A stretch of DNA of 64,000 nucleotides, taken from positions 1,841 through 65,840 of the forward strand of contig CAKRZX010000010.1 of assembly GCA_934434555.1 (NCBI GenBank), given 5' to 3'. Source of the stretch: an uncultured Clostridia bacterium. GTDB lineage: Bacteria > Bacillota > Clostridia > Christensenellales > QALW01. Both the position numbers and the translations under genes were made by a program. Within the stretch, counting starts at the first letter, position 1. Every line of letters begins with the position of its first letter. Below, piece after piece: positions 27,601 through 36,985 of this stretch. The notes beneath the pieces are model-generated. The model did no database searches. It saw only the letters and a list, made by a program, of their open reading frames with translations, and was not told where the DNA came from.

Positions 27601-30600
27601 AGAACAGGCAAACATTGAAGCAAAAAAGAATGCAGAGAAAATCAAAACAAAAGCCAAAGGTGTTACTGAAAAAGTAAAGAACAGCGGCAAAGGTACTGTA
27701 CGTTTTGAAAAAGGAGTAAAGGCGAAGAACAAGATGCAAGCAAAGGGTGTTGCTCTCGCAAAACATTTGGCTTCTGCATTGGGAATTGAAATTGTTTTCT
27801 TCGATTCAAAACAGGATGCTTCACATGAGAATCACAACGGATGGTATGACCCGAAAGATAACAGTATCCACCTTGACATCAATGCCGGGGATAATTATCA
27901 GGGAACGATTGTATATACACTCGCTCACGAACTTACCCATTTTATAGAGAAATGGTCACCGGAGAAGTATAAGACTTTTTCCGATTTCCTTATAGAACAG
28001 TACGCTGATAACGGTGTTTCGGTTGAGGACTTGCTTGCAAAACAGATGGCAAAACTGAATACGCAGGATGCAGACTATGCTATGAAAGAACTTGTGGCAG
28101 ATGCTTGCCAAACTATGCTTCTTGACAGTAAAGCGGTTGAGAAGTTAGCGGCACTCCGTCAGCAGGATGCTACTCTTTGGGAAAAGATTAAAGAGTTTAT
28201 AAGCAACCTTCTTGCAGACATTAAAGAACTGTACAATGGAATCACGCCTGATTCTGAGGAAGCAAAAGCACTTCGGGAATTGCAGAGCGGTGTGGAACAG
28301 ATTCATGCTTTGTTTGAAGATGCGGCAGTTGATGCGGCGAAGGCATATGCACAGGGTGACAGTTCAGAAGTAAGATATTCTACGAGAAAGTCGTTTGCTG
28401 AACAAGTGAATGACGTAATAAACGGAATACATAATCCCCGGTATGACCTGTATATTTCACACACACCTCAATATCTGATTGAATTAAATTTTTCGGATGA
28501 GGCTCTTTTGATGAGAAGTGGTAAGTTACGTGAAATCTTAAACAAACATTCTGAAATGAATGTTGAATTGATAAAAAAGATTCCCGAGGCATTAAAGGAC
28601 CCGTTGTTGGTGCTTAAATCCAAAACAAATCCAAGCGAGAGCGTCGTTGTAATTACGGATATTACCACATCAAAAGGCGATATGATAATTCCTGTATGGG
28701 TTAATCAGGAAGCAAACTACATAGACATTGACTTCAAAGAAAAATATACAAAGGCGAACTTTGTGGCAAGTTCTTACGGAAGAAATGTTAAAGGCTTGAT
28801 AGAATACGCATTAGAAAATGGAGGAGTACTGTACCAAAATAAGGATACAAAAAGAGTTAGAAGTTTGCTAACAAGAAATGGACTGCAATTGTCCACACCA
28901 TTAACAATTTCTAACTCCGATATTAGTATACGTCAAAACACCGAAAAAAGTCAAGGAAAAAATTCGGATTTTGAAAAAAATTTTTCAGATACGAAAACAG
29001 ACGGTGCGGATGTAAGGTATTCATTCAGAAATACTGAAACAGGTATGGCTAATAACTTCCTGATTCGTTATAATAAAGAAATGTCATCTCTCATTGAAAA
29101 AACGGGGAACGTCATCGTTGACAGTTATGATAAACTTGTCGAACAGGTGAACAGGGCATTTGATAAACCGAAAGAAAAGGCAACGCTGTATTTCGGAATT
29201 CTGGACAAAGATATTCTTTCCGATATCAATGACAAGATACCCAATTTGCCGAGAGAGATGAGCGGTTCAATATTCAAAAAAGGACGGCAGTATTCGGTTG
29301 CAGCAACATTGGACAGCATCAGACATCTTATTGATGACAAAAAGGGCATGACAAAGGAAGATGTTATTGATTATCTTGACAGATTTGCAGATGCAATTGT
29401 GGATAATGACAGTGTTTCTTTTGCAAGTTATAACAGAGGAAACTTGAAAATTGATGGGTTACTTTTTAAGAAGGCGTTCCCCGATGGCACTATTCTGACT
29501 TTTGACCTTGTATCAAACGGTAAAAAAGTTATCGGTTTGCAGACCATATATATGGATAAAGCAGGGTATAAAAAAAGAAAGTTTGCCAAGCCATTGATGA
29601 TGCAAAATGCCCCGACCAAAACGTCCGAAACGCATGGTGGTCAAACTTTCAACCCGAATGATAGCACGGTGCCCGAAAAAAGTCAAGGAATTTTTTCTGA
29701 CCGCACCACGGGCGGGAATGTCAAATTCTCTGTGCGAAGCATTGACTCGGAAGGCAAAAATCTCTCTGAGGGTCAGCAAGAATACTTCAAGGACTCAAAA
29801 GTCAGAGACGAGAACGGGAATCTGCTTGTCGTTTACCACGGAACTGATGCTGACTTCAATGTATTTGATTTTGGCAAAGCGGGTAAAAACGGCAGAGCGG
29901 AAGGCTACGGTTTCTATTTCAGCGATGATAAAGAAATAACGGGCAAATACGGTGACCGTCAAAAGGAAGTATATTTGGACATTAAAAAGCCGATGTACTC
30001 GGATAAAAAGACGCTCACCAAAAGCGAACTTAAAAAGTTTGTAAATTCCCTTATTGACTATGCGGCAGAAGAGTACGGTGAGGATTGGAAGGATTCGTTC
30101 ATTTCAAACTACATCAATACGTACGATAGCGGCGTGACGAGGACTTCCTGTGTTCGAGATTTCGTAAATGAAATTTGGGGATACAGTGAAAACGACCAAG
30201 AACTGATATACGAGATTGCAAACGGAAGCGGAATGAATTACGGCACGGATACAATGAAACCGTTTTATGACGTTTTGTTTGATTCTGTCGGAGTTGACGG
30301 CAGCATTGCGACTTGGGAACATGAAAACGGAACATCAAAAGTGTATGTTACGTTTAGGTCGGAACAATCAAAGAACACCGACAACCTCAATCCTACAAAT
30401 AACGCTGATATCAGGTATTCATTGCGTGAAGGTGCAAAAGAAGATGTAGAAAAAGCCCTGAAAGAAAAGGACTATACCGAGGATGTATGTTTAACCGAGA
30501 GCAGTCCGAGTATTATTGCAAGCCAAAATGGCGTTAGAAATCTGCCTATGCTGATGAAAGCATCACACATCAGAGAGAATGTTTTTACAAAAGAAGAGGC

Positions 30601-33600
30601 TCTTGAAAGGGGCTTGAAAGCAGATTCTCATACCCATTATCACGGACTTGGGGAGGAGTTGTTCCTGAAAATAATCGGCGGATTGGACGAAGTGCAACTT
30701 GCTTACCGAGGTACTAAAAATGCAGATAATGCAGCGAGAAGAGAGAATTATTTCCTGTTGATATCACAGTATAAAGACGCAAAAGGAAATATTGTAAACG
30801 TGCCTGTTTATATCAATGAAAAAGCACAGTATAACCGTATATTTGTTGATACAAACAAAATAGCGACTGTATTTGGCAGAGATAATTTCTTTGAGTATAT
30901 CCGAAAAGAAGTTCAAAACGGAAATCTTGCAAGGATAAAGAACAAGGATAAAATTAAAGAAGCCGACACGGCGTGGAAAACACAGCCTGAATCGACTTCT
31001 GTTAATAGAAACATCAACCAAGTCAGTGAACTGAAGGCACTAATCGCCAGCAGTTATAACAAGAGTGCTTCTGATAACAGAAGCGATCGGGTCGGTGACC
31101 GGACGGTTCAAAAGACCGAAGGGTACGGCTCGAATGTTTCTGATAATATTATACTCCAAAAGTCCGAGAAAAGTCAAGAAAAATTTTCCGTGCGCAATCC
31201 TGATGCCACAGATAACCGCACGTTGCTTTCGAATGCGCTTGCTTCTGCGGCTCAGAATGCGATAGAGAAGAAGTACATTGAGCAGTATCAAGAGAAGATA
31301 GACACCGTAAATGCGGAGCAGGAGAAACTTGCAGACCTTAAAGCCAAGATTAAGGAACTTTCGTTTGCGCCCGGCAAAAGGAACACGGAGCAAATCCGTA
31401 ATCTGCAAGACCAAGCCATAAAGACTGCCAACCGCATCAATATCTACGATAAGCAACTTCTTCGGTTAGAGGCTATGAAGCCATTGAAAGACGTTGTGGA
31501 GAGGGAAAGAATACTTGCAGGGAAGAAGGCTGAACAAGTGGGCAGAGAAGCCCTGAACGCTTATAAAGAGCGTGCTGCCAAGAACGAAAAGGAACTTATG
31601 AACAAGTACAATGAGAGGATTAAGCGTGGTGTTGAAGGCAGGAACAAAACGGTAATCAAGAACAAGATACGGAATGTTATCGGGCAACTTAACACAATGC
31701 TTAAAAGCGGTAAAGACAGAGCAAATGTAAAGACCGAACTCAAAGGTACAGTCAGACAGGCTCTTGATACGGCAACGGTTCTCTTTTCGTCACTTGATGC
31801 CGAGGATATCTATGCGGTAGGTATCACTGCGGTTACCAATGATGAGCAAGCACTCCTTTCAAGGTATGGCGAACTTCTCGGTAAGCGCAATGCAGAAACC
31901 GATGCTACGGAACTTGAAAAGATTAAAGGGCAAATTTCAAGGATTGAGTATAAACTCAAAGATGTTTTTGTAAGAGAGCGTAACCGTTTGCAGAAAACAT
32001 ATGTAGACATCGCAATCGATGAACTCATCAATGCGTATAAGGTGACCGCTGAGTCTGAAAAGATTTATGTTTCCGAGGCATACGACCAAAACATTGTAGA
32101 CCGCCTTGAAAGCATAAAGAAAGACCTTAAAGGCACGACTGTTGACGATATGACCAAAGAGCAACTTCAATCGGTGTATGAAGCGTACAAACTTATCCTG
32201 CATTCGGTAAGAGAGGCTAACAAACTGCACCGGGAGGGCAGGAGCGAGTCCGTATCGGATAATGCCAATGCCGTTGTGGAAGAGGTAAGGAAAGTCGGCA
32301 GAACAAAGGATGACAGCCCGAAGATTGTTGATTCCGCAAAGACTGCTACGTGGAATGAGTTAAAGCCTATATATGCCTTTGAAAGAATAGGTTCTCCCAC
32401 GCTTATGAATCTCTATCACGATGTCGAAACTGCCGAATCAACATGGGGCAGAGACATCTATGAAGCGAGTAATTTCATAAACGATATGCGGGAAAAGTAC
32501 GGATATGATTCTTGGGATTTCAAAACAAGACATACCGTTGATTTAAGTTCGGGTGCAAAAATCAAACTTTCACTTCAACAAATGATGTCAATATATGCAT
32601 ATTCAAAGCGTGAACAAGCGATTGACCATATGCAGAAGGGCGGTTTTGTATTTGCCAACAAGGCATTCAAGAAGACAAAGAAGGGCTTGATTGAATACGT
32701 ACCGACACAATCCCGGTCATTTAAGATATCTGCTGAGGATGTGGCAACGATAAAGGAGTTAATCAAAGACCAAATCGGCTACGTTGACGAAATGCAAACG
32801 TATTTATCGGCGGCAATGGCTGATAAGGGCAATGAGGCTTCCAATATCCTGTACGGAATAGACCTGTTCAAGGAAAAGGCGTATTTCCCGTTGCGGTCAT
32901 CTTACGATTACCTGCAACAGCAGAATACTCCTGCCGGGGAAGTATCGCTTAAAAACAACGGAATGACCAAAGAGACAACGCCTCACGCAAGCAATCCCAT
33001 TATCCTTGACGATTTCGATTCGGTGTGGTCGGCTCATGTGGACAAGATGTCTGTATACCATGCGTTCGTAGTGCCTCTTGATAACTTCAATAAGGTGTTC
33101 AATTATACGGATGGATTCAACACTGATGATTCGGGAGCATCGTCTGTCAGAACGGTTCTCAAAGGCATTTTCGGAAACGGCGTTAACGAGTACATCAGCA
33201 ATATGTTGGTAGACCTCAACGGCGGTGCTATGACTGACAGGGTAAGCAATCCGTTTATCGGTATGGTCGGAAAGTTCAAGAAAACTGCGGTTGCTGCATC
33301 GCTGTCGGTTATTGTTCAGCAGCCTACGGCTATACTGAGGGCAATGGCGTTGGTAGACCCGAAGTATTTCAAGAAGCACGATAAGTTAAAGCACGGCGAG
33401 AAGTGGGAACAACTTAAAAAGTACGCTCCTGTGGCGGTAATAAAAGAAATCGGCGGCTTTGATGTCGGAAACGGCAGACAGGCAGTGTCCTACCTTGAAG
33501 GCAGTAAATCCCTTATGGATAAAGCCGATGATTTTCTGATGCGAGGTGCAGGACTTGCCGATGAAATAGGTTGGAATGCTATTTGGGATGCCGTGCAGAA

Positions 33601-34651
33601 TGAAGTTGCCGCCAAGAAAGGCTTGACGGGCGAGGAACTCTTAATTGAAGCGGGTAAGCGCTTTGAAGAAGTTGTAAGATATACACAGGTATATGACTCG
33701 ACACTTTCAAGAAGCGGCTTTATGCGTTCGAAGAGCGATATCTTAAAAATGGCTACTGCCTTTATGGGAGAGCCTACAACATCGTTTAATATGCTTTATA
33801 ATGCCGTTCTGCAAGCCAAGCGAGGCACAATGACAAAGGGAAAGGCGTTAAGGGCTATTACGGCGGTAGTTGTATCAATTATAGCGGCAAATGCTCTAAA
33901 ATCAATAGTCGGAGCGGGTCGTGACGATGATGACGATGAAACGCTTGTTGAAAAGTATATTGAATCTTTTACTTCCAACTTTATAAGTGATATATTTGTC
34001 CCGAATATGCTCCCGTTCATCAGGGATATTATCAGCATATTTGAAGGATGGGATGTAAGCCGTACCGATATGGACTTAATCAGCGACCTTAAAGATGCTA
34101 TTGACAGTCTTTCAAAGGACGGCTCAACATACCGAAAGGTCGAAGACTTCGGCGGTGCAGTGGCAAATCTTTTCGGTGTGCCGTTAAAGAACATAATGAG
34201 AGATTTCCGTTCGATTTACAATCTGTTTGCAACGCCGTTCAACGGTGAAAGAACAGATTCCGAAGGCTTATGGAGCGCATTCCTTAAAGGGTGGTCAGGC
34301 AAAGGTAAGTCTGAAATAGAGCAGTATTTATCATACGTCAAAAACGGTAATCCATCAAAAGCAAAAGAACTCTACGGTGAAATGCTTGATAAAAAGAAGC
34401 AGGAAATCGCAGATGACAGAGCGGCAGAGGGCAAGAAGGAACTTACGGAAAAAGAGGTTGAGAAAAAAGCCAAGAGCAGTGTTAAGTCGTCTATTTCTGC
34501 TAAGTACCGAGAAGCATACATCGAGGCGTACAAGAAGAAAGACGATGCGACAATGGCTCAAATCCGCAAGGAAATGTATGCAACAGGACTTTACGGAAGT
34601 GTTGACGCGGTTATTGAAACCTGCCGAAATTGGCTTAAAGAGTACAAATGA
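24692..34651 (+). CDS. Giant (3,319 aa) polyvalent virion protein with a zincin HExxH module, an ART-like YHGT module, three paralogous modules, a coiled coil and hydrophobic segments
   Basis: Uninterrupted ORF with SD. HELTH at 27926-27940. YHGT at 29834-29845. Recurrent linker motif (see findings). Confidence 0.85.
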   Translation: MGKASDVLRKRRAHGSSYYAIENDTAQSTKSASEILNERRIKKYRTELNALNMQPLYDYKDFGLSEENKKSYNARISEYKTALNNLKKYDKSITNDDYNGYIKSLDALSQKFDVLSAFDSEDELNKAIEYQKDREAKLSFDLEKGKSELDNLKDIQEKIRTAYKGKSKLNYQDYVNGYVRAGYGKEKAEELAKEAVNSNLTNDAVLDSQIAEYLDGTGYKTSEEFNNAVAEKEQFYNQAKLLQNNEALTNDALSASDFAEYAQKGKELVPKNDWWYEWDKNINVVEANRRKVSNELGLYEKVGVISKETATTPQKQVGIGRKDKVNAILMMNDEEVQIYDYYLGKYGKKSAEEYYKTIEPTLNARAAGIIFDETYNGKMGTEMLHGVIAGFENFGTGIKNLPNAVGLKDDDYITPTVNQMVSGSIREDLADKGPEILGSSLGQIGYDTITTISNMIPSIVASYATAGAASALGVSAAAAQTAGNIAGNVLLGASAAGNEYAEMLNSGMNKEQARALSIVQGTWEGASEYYLGAIEGLGANKIGKIIGGTKFANILGKAGNGTVKAILDFFGDAATEGMEEVIQDIGSSVINGVMTDKWEFSSAEEEVYNFVLGALTAGVMNGGTALFRGSVNAVGNIGDNVTYGKMYKGDVNAQNLLVEEGLASDDGTKSKKLAEKYKSRLNNGKELTGNQLRKLINANEQAIIAEDVTSIKSNVSEYLSELGETGNIDEISSAVADMLVGKEISPYQEKVLETSKYASRIINELNPENIKSGEYSTYLPKKLDTNRINPDVYGLAAEVSKNVSANESNSANAGYSLPAVGKTVAPKTNLIGAADINVENRISEDGKTKSVSTGKEITVNKEDAFASAKNGEVYLNTDQGTVKLSDIEFGTKNEALLYEAFSDLNPTIANSAIKQYDGKTPIMTYINGMLQGINLYGKYNFKGVGIDISADSFFAELSQADQKLALGLGREQANIEAKKNAEKIKTKAKGVTEKVKNSGKGTVRFEKGVKAKNKMQAKGVALAKHLASALGIEIVFFDSKQDASHENHNGWYDPKDNSIHLDINAGDNYQGTIVYTLAHELTHFIEKWSPEKYKTFSDFLIEQYADNGVSVEDLLAKQMAKLNTQDADYAMKELVADACQTMLLDSKAVEKLAALRQQDATLWEKIKEFISNLLADIKELYNGITPDSEEAKALRELQSGVEQIHALFEDAAVDAAKAYAQGDSSEVRYSTRKSFAEQVNDVINGIHNPRYDLYISHTPQYLIELNFSDEALLMRSGKLREILNKHSEMNVELIKKIPEALKDPLLVLKSKTNPSESVVVITDITTSKGDMIIPVWVNQEANYIDIDFKEKYTKANFVASSYGRNVKGLIEYALENGGVLYQNKDTKRVRSLLTRNGLQLSTPLTISNSDISIRQNTEKSQGKNSDFEKNFSDTKTDGADVRYSFRNTETGMANNFLIRYNKEMSSLIEKTGNVIVDSYDKLVEQVNRAFDKPKEKATLYFGILDKDILSDINDKIPNLPREMSGSIFKKGRQYSVAATLDSIRHLIDDKKGMTKEDVIDYLDRFADAIVDNDSVSFASYNRGNLKIDGLLFKKAFPDGTILTFDLVSNGKKVIGLQTIYMDKAGYKKRKFAKPLMMQNAPTKTSETHGGQTFNPNDSTVPEKSQGIFSDRTTGGNVKFSVRSIDSEGKNLSEGQQEYFKDSKVRDENGNLLVVYHGTDADFNVFDFGKAGKNGRAEGYGFYFSDDKEITGKYGDRQKEVYLDIKKPMYSDKKTLTKSELKKFVNSLIDYAAEEYGEDWKDSFISNYINTYDSGVTRTSCVRDFVNEIWGYSENDQELIYEIANGSGMNYGTDTMKPFYDVLFDSVGVDGSIATWEHENGTSKVYVTFRSEQSKNTDNLNPTNNADIRYSLREGAKEDVEKALKEKDYTEDVCLTESSPSIIASQNGVRNLPMLMKASHIRENVFTKEEALERGLKADSHTHYHGLGEELFLKIIGGLDEVQLAYRGTKNADNAARRENYFLLISQYKDAKGNIVNVPVYINEKAQYNRIFVDTNKIATVFGRDNFFEYIRKEVQNGNLARIKNKDKIKEADTAWKTQPESTSVNRNINQVSELKALIASSYNKSASDNRSDRVGDRTVQKTEGYGSNVSDNIILQKSEKSQEKFSVRNPDATDNRTLLSNALASAAQNAIEKKYIEQYQEKIDTVNAEQEKLADLKAKIKELSFAPGKRNTEQIRNLQDQAIKTANRINIYDKQLLRLEAMKPLKDVVERERILAGKKAEQVGREALNAYKERAAKNEKELMNKYNERIKRGVEGRNKTVIKNKIRNVIGQLNTMLKSGKDRANVKTELKGTVRQALDTATVLFSSLDAEDIYAVGITAVTNDEQALLSRYGELLGKRNAETDATELEKIKGQISRIEYKLKDVFVRERNRLQKTYVDIAIDELINAYKVTAESEKIYVSEAYDQNIVDRLESIKKDLKGTTVDDMTKEQLQSVYEAYKLILHSVREANKLHREGRSESVSDNANAVVEEVRKVGRTKDDSPKIVDSAKTATWNELKPIYAFERIGSPTLMNLYHDVETAESTWGRDIYEASNFINDMREKYGYDSWDFKTRHTVDLSSGAKIKLSLQQMMSIYAYSKREQAIDHMQKGGFVFANKAFKKTKKGLIEYVPTQSRSFKISAEDVATIKELIKDQIGYVDEMQTYLSAAMADKGNEASNILYGIDLFKEKAYFPLRSSYDYLQQQNTPAGEVSLKNNGMTKETTPHASNPIILDDFDSVWSAHVDKMSVYHAFVVPLDNFNKVFNYTDGFNTDDSGASSVRTVLKGIFGNGVNEYISNMLVDLNGGAMTDRVSNPFIGMVGKFKKTAVAASLSVIVQQPTAILRAMALVDPKYFKKHDKLKHGEKWEQLKKYAPVAVIKEIGGFDVGNGRQAVSYLEGSKSLMDKADDFLMRGAGLADEIGWNAIWDAVQNEVAAKKGLTGEELLIEAGKRFEEVVRYTQVYDSTLSRSGFMRSKSDILKMATAFMGEPTTSFNMLYNAVLQAKRGTMTKGKALRAITAVVVSIIAANALKSIVGAGRDDDDDETLVEKYIESFTSNFISDIFVPNMLPFIRDIISIFEGWDVSRTDMDLISDLKDAIDSLSKDGSTYRKVEDFGGAVANLFGVPLKNIMRDFRSIYNLFATPFNGERTDSEGLWSAFLKGWSGKGKSEIEQYLSYVKNGNPSKAKELYGEMLDKKKQEIADDRAAEGKKELTEKEVEKKAKSSVKSSISAKYREAYIEAYKKKDDATMAQIRKEMYATGLYGSVDAVIETCRNWLKEYK

Positions 34652-34660
34652 TAAATTTAA

Positions 34661-34677
34661 TTTAGGGGGGGTTTATT
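34661..34677 (+). repeat. 17-mer TTTAGGGGGGGTTTATT, copy 2 (here the 5' arm of a hairpin after the giant gene)
   Basis: Exact match to 10801-10817. It can pair with CCCTCCCTTTA (34682-34692), and a T-rich tract follows. Confidence 0.6.
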
Positions 34678-34721
34678 AAAGCCCTCCCTTTATTTATAAT
34701 AATAAAAAAGGAGGATAACAA

Positions 34722-36974
34722 ATGCAAAACACAATCAGCATAACAGTAAGCGCAGACCATAGGGTGTGCTGCCCGGAGTGGGACATAGCGCGAACGGGGG
34801 AGAATGAATGCACACGCTTTGATATAACGCTTGCGGAAGAATTGAGTACATACAGCGCATATATCGATTTTGAGAAGCCTGACGGCGAAAAATTCAAAAC
34901 GCCACGGCTGAATATCGAAAATAACAAAATAACCTACGACTTGCCGTCAGCCGTGCTTGACGTAAAGGGGAATCTGCTTGTGCAGTTGGTTCTCCAAAAT
35001 GACGAGGGCGAGATATGGAAAAGCAACGTGCAGAAGTTCTATGTGAGCGAATCAGTAAACGCAACGGAAGCGATAGCCGAAAAGGACGATTTTGTGGCGG
35101 ATATCGAGAAGCGTGTGGACGGGAAGTTGGATAAGGACATAGCGGGGTCAAAAGGTTTTAAGTTAACGGAGAGTAATTTCCATTATGGGTGTTACGGTTT
35201 AATCATATTGAGAAAAACATATGCTGATACTACAATCCGTACAACACGTAAAATAACTTGCGAACGATATGGCTCAACACAAGAGTTTACCACTATATCG
35301 TCAACACCTGACGGAAGAGCATTCCTTACAAACGAAGTACCTTATCTGTATTCAGAAGACTTATACAGTTTTACTAAGATTACTTTTAAGGACTCTTCGG
35401 GTAGTGTAATTAAGACTATATCTGCAAGTAGTAACACAACCCCTGATTTAATTGATTGGTATGGCTGCGTAACAGATTGGACTACAAATCCCACTACTGA
35501 TATGTTAACGTATATATCGACTTCCGAATCGAATTGGATGCCGGAAGAGGACAAAATCGGCGCATTCTATTACGTGGATATTCCGAGCGATGTTATCACG
35601 GAGAACCTTACAAACGAGCCTACCTGCATAAAGATAGACGCAAACTTTGATTCGGGATTAAGACAGAACTATATCGACTGGGGCGATGACGGCACACTTA
35701 CAACTGCTATTGCAGACAGTTGCCTTAAAGCAAATTACAAGGTCGGGGATAATTATCTGACTTTATCTCTTAAAAAGAACAAAAGAGCAGGACAAGGTTT
35801 AGAACAGAAGCCTGTGTTCAAAGATACGTCCAACATACATTTCCCTGACCGTCCGGATATCGGTAATGTAACGGTAGGCGAGGGGTTTAACGTTGTTGCG
35901 GGCAAAGAGAATAAAGCATTGTTTGATTACGGATTCTCTTCGGGCAAGAACAATGCTTCACTCGGCAGATACAGCATAACAGGCGGTACGAGAAATACTG
36001 CGGCTTATGCCGGTATAACGCTGGGCAATCATAATATCGTTCTTGGACAGAGTGGCTTTGCGGCGGGTGCAACAAACCTTATAGGGCGTGGCGGCAGTAA
36101 CGGCGTTACACTTGGCTCGGAAAATGTTATTAACGGTAAAAACGGAATAGCGGGAGGCAGAGCAAATAATGTATCCGGCATTTACGGTGTAGCGTTGGGC
36201 TATGGAAATAAGGTAAAAGGCAAAAGCAGTTCTGCCTTAGGCTATACAAACAGTCTGAATGATGACAGCGAGTTCGCCGCAGGCACGGGCAATACGCTTT
36301 CGGGCGAAAATGCCGTGGCAATAGGTCGAGCAAATCAATCTTACGGGAAGTCAAATACTTGTATTGGTTACGGCAACGTAGTTAACAAGGGTGTATGCGG
36401 AACAGCAATCGGTAATGTAAATCACGTCTATGCCAATTATGCCTTTGCGGCGGGTAACAATAACACCGTCAATGCTGACGCATCGGGTGTTATAGGCTTA
36501 AACCTTAATGTAAAAAATTCATCCGAAGCAGGTGTTTATGGTAATGTAGGGCATCTCTTAGGGGGCAGTAATAATACAATAAACGGCGGACGCAACCTAA
36601 TAATGGGCGGACAGTCGAATATCGCATTATTGCACGATTCTATCGTAATCGGAAATAACCTTAAAGATACGTCAAAAGGCTTTGGCAAGGCTATTTTCGG
36701 AAACTACAACGCCGAGACGGGCGCAAGTATTATGCTTGGTGCGGGCAATCAAGATAACCGTAAAAATGTTTTTGAAGTCTATAATGACGGTGCTGTAAAG
36801 ACGCCCAACGCAAGAGCGTACAAAACCGACGGCACGGATGCAAAACGTCTTACGACGGTTGAGTTTGTCGAAGGTAAAATTGCAGATGCACTGATACTGA
36901 AATCCCCCAACGGGACGAAATACAAATTGACCGTAGCGGACGATGGCACATTAAGCACGGCAAAAGTGATTTAA
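34722..36974 (+). CDS. Tail fibre / receptor-binding protein (BppU-like N-domain, YadA-head-like Gly/Asn repeat region)
   Basis: N-terminus ...FDITLAEELSTYSAYIDFEKPDGEKF...ITYDLPSAVLDVKGNL. Central degenerate repeats GxxNxAxGxxNxV/I (nt ~35880-36720). Confidence 0.65.
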   Translation: MQNTISITVSADHRVCCPEWDIARTGENECTRFDITLAEELSTYSAYIDFEKPDGEKFKTPRLNIENNKITYDLPSAVLDVKGNLLVQLVLQNDEGEIWKSNVQKFYVSESVNATEAIAEKDDFVADIEKRVDGKLDKDIAGSKGFKLTESNFHYGCYGLIILRKTYADTTIRTTRKITCERYGSTQEFTTISSTPDGRAFLTNEVPYLYSEDLYSFTKITFKDSSGSVIKTISASSNTTPDLIDWYGCVTDWTTNPTTDMLTYISTSESNWMPEEDKIGAFYYVDIPSDVITENLTNEPTCIKIDANFDSGLRQNYIDWGDDGTLTTAIADSCLKANYKVGDNYLTLSLKKNKRAGQGLEQKPVFKDTSNIHFPDRPDIGNVTVGEGFNVVAGKENKALFDYGFSSGKNNASLGRYSITGGTRNTAAYAGITLGNHNIVLGQSGFAAGATNLIGRGGSNGVTLGSENVINGKNGIAGGRANNVSGIYGVALGYGNKVKGKSSSALGYTNSLNDDSEFAAGTGNTLSGENAVAIGRANQSYGKSNTCIGYGNVVNKGVCGTAIGNVNHVYANYAFAAGNNNTVNADASGVIGLNLNVKNSSEAGVYGNVGHLLGGSNNTINGGRNLIMGGQSNIALLHDSIVIGNNLKDTSKGFGKAIFGNYNAETGASIMLGAGNQDNRKNVFEVYNDGAVKTPNARAYKTDGTDAKRLTTVEFVEGKIADALILKSPNGTKYKLTVADDGTLSTAKVI

Positions 36975-36985
36975 GGAGAGAACAA

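Noticed and set aside
24692-34651. Interpreting the giant protein as a tape-measure protein or as an N4-type virion RNA polymerase
   Set aside because: There are no upstream tail tube or chaperone-frameshift genes, as would be expected for a tape-measure protein. I could not find single-subunit RNAP-like motifs, and the recognisable motifs are HExxH and YHGT-type instead. Neither interpretation is fully excluded without profile searches.
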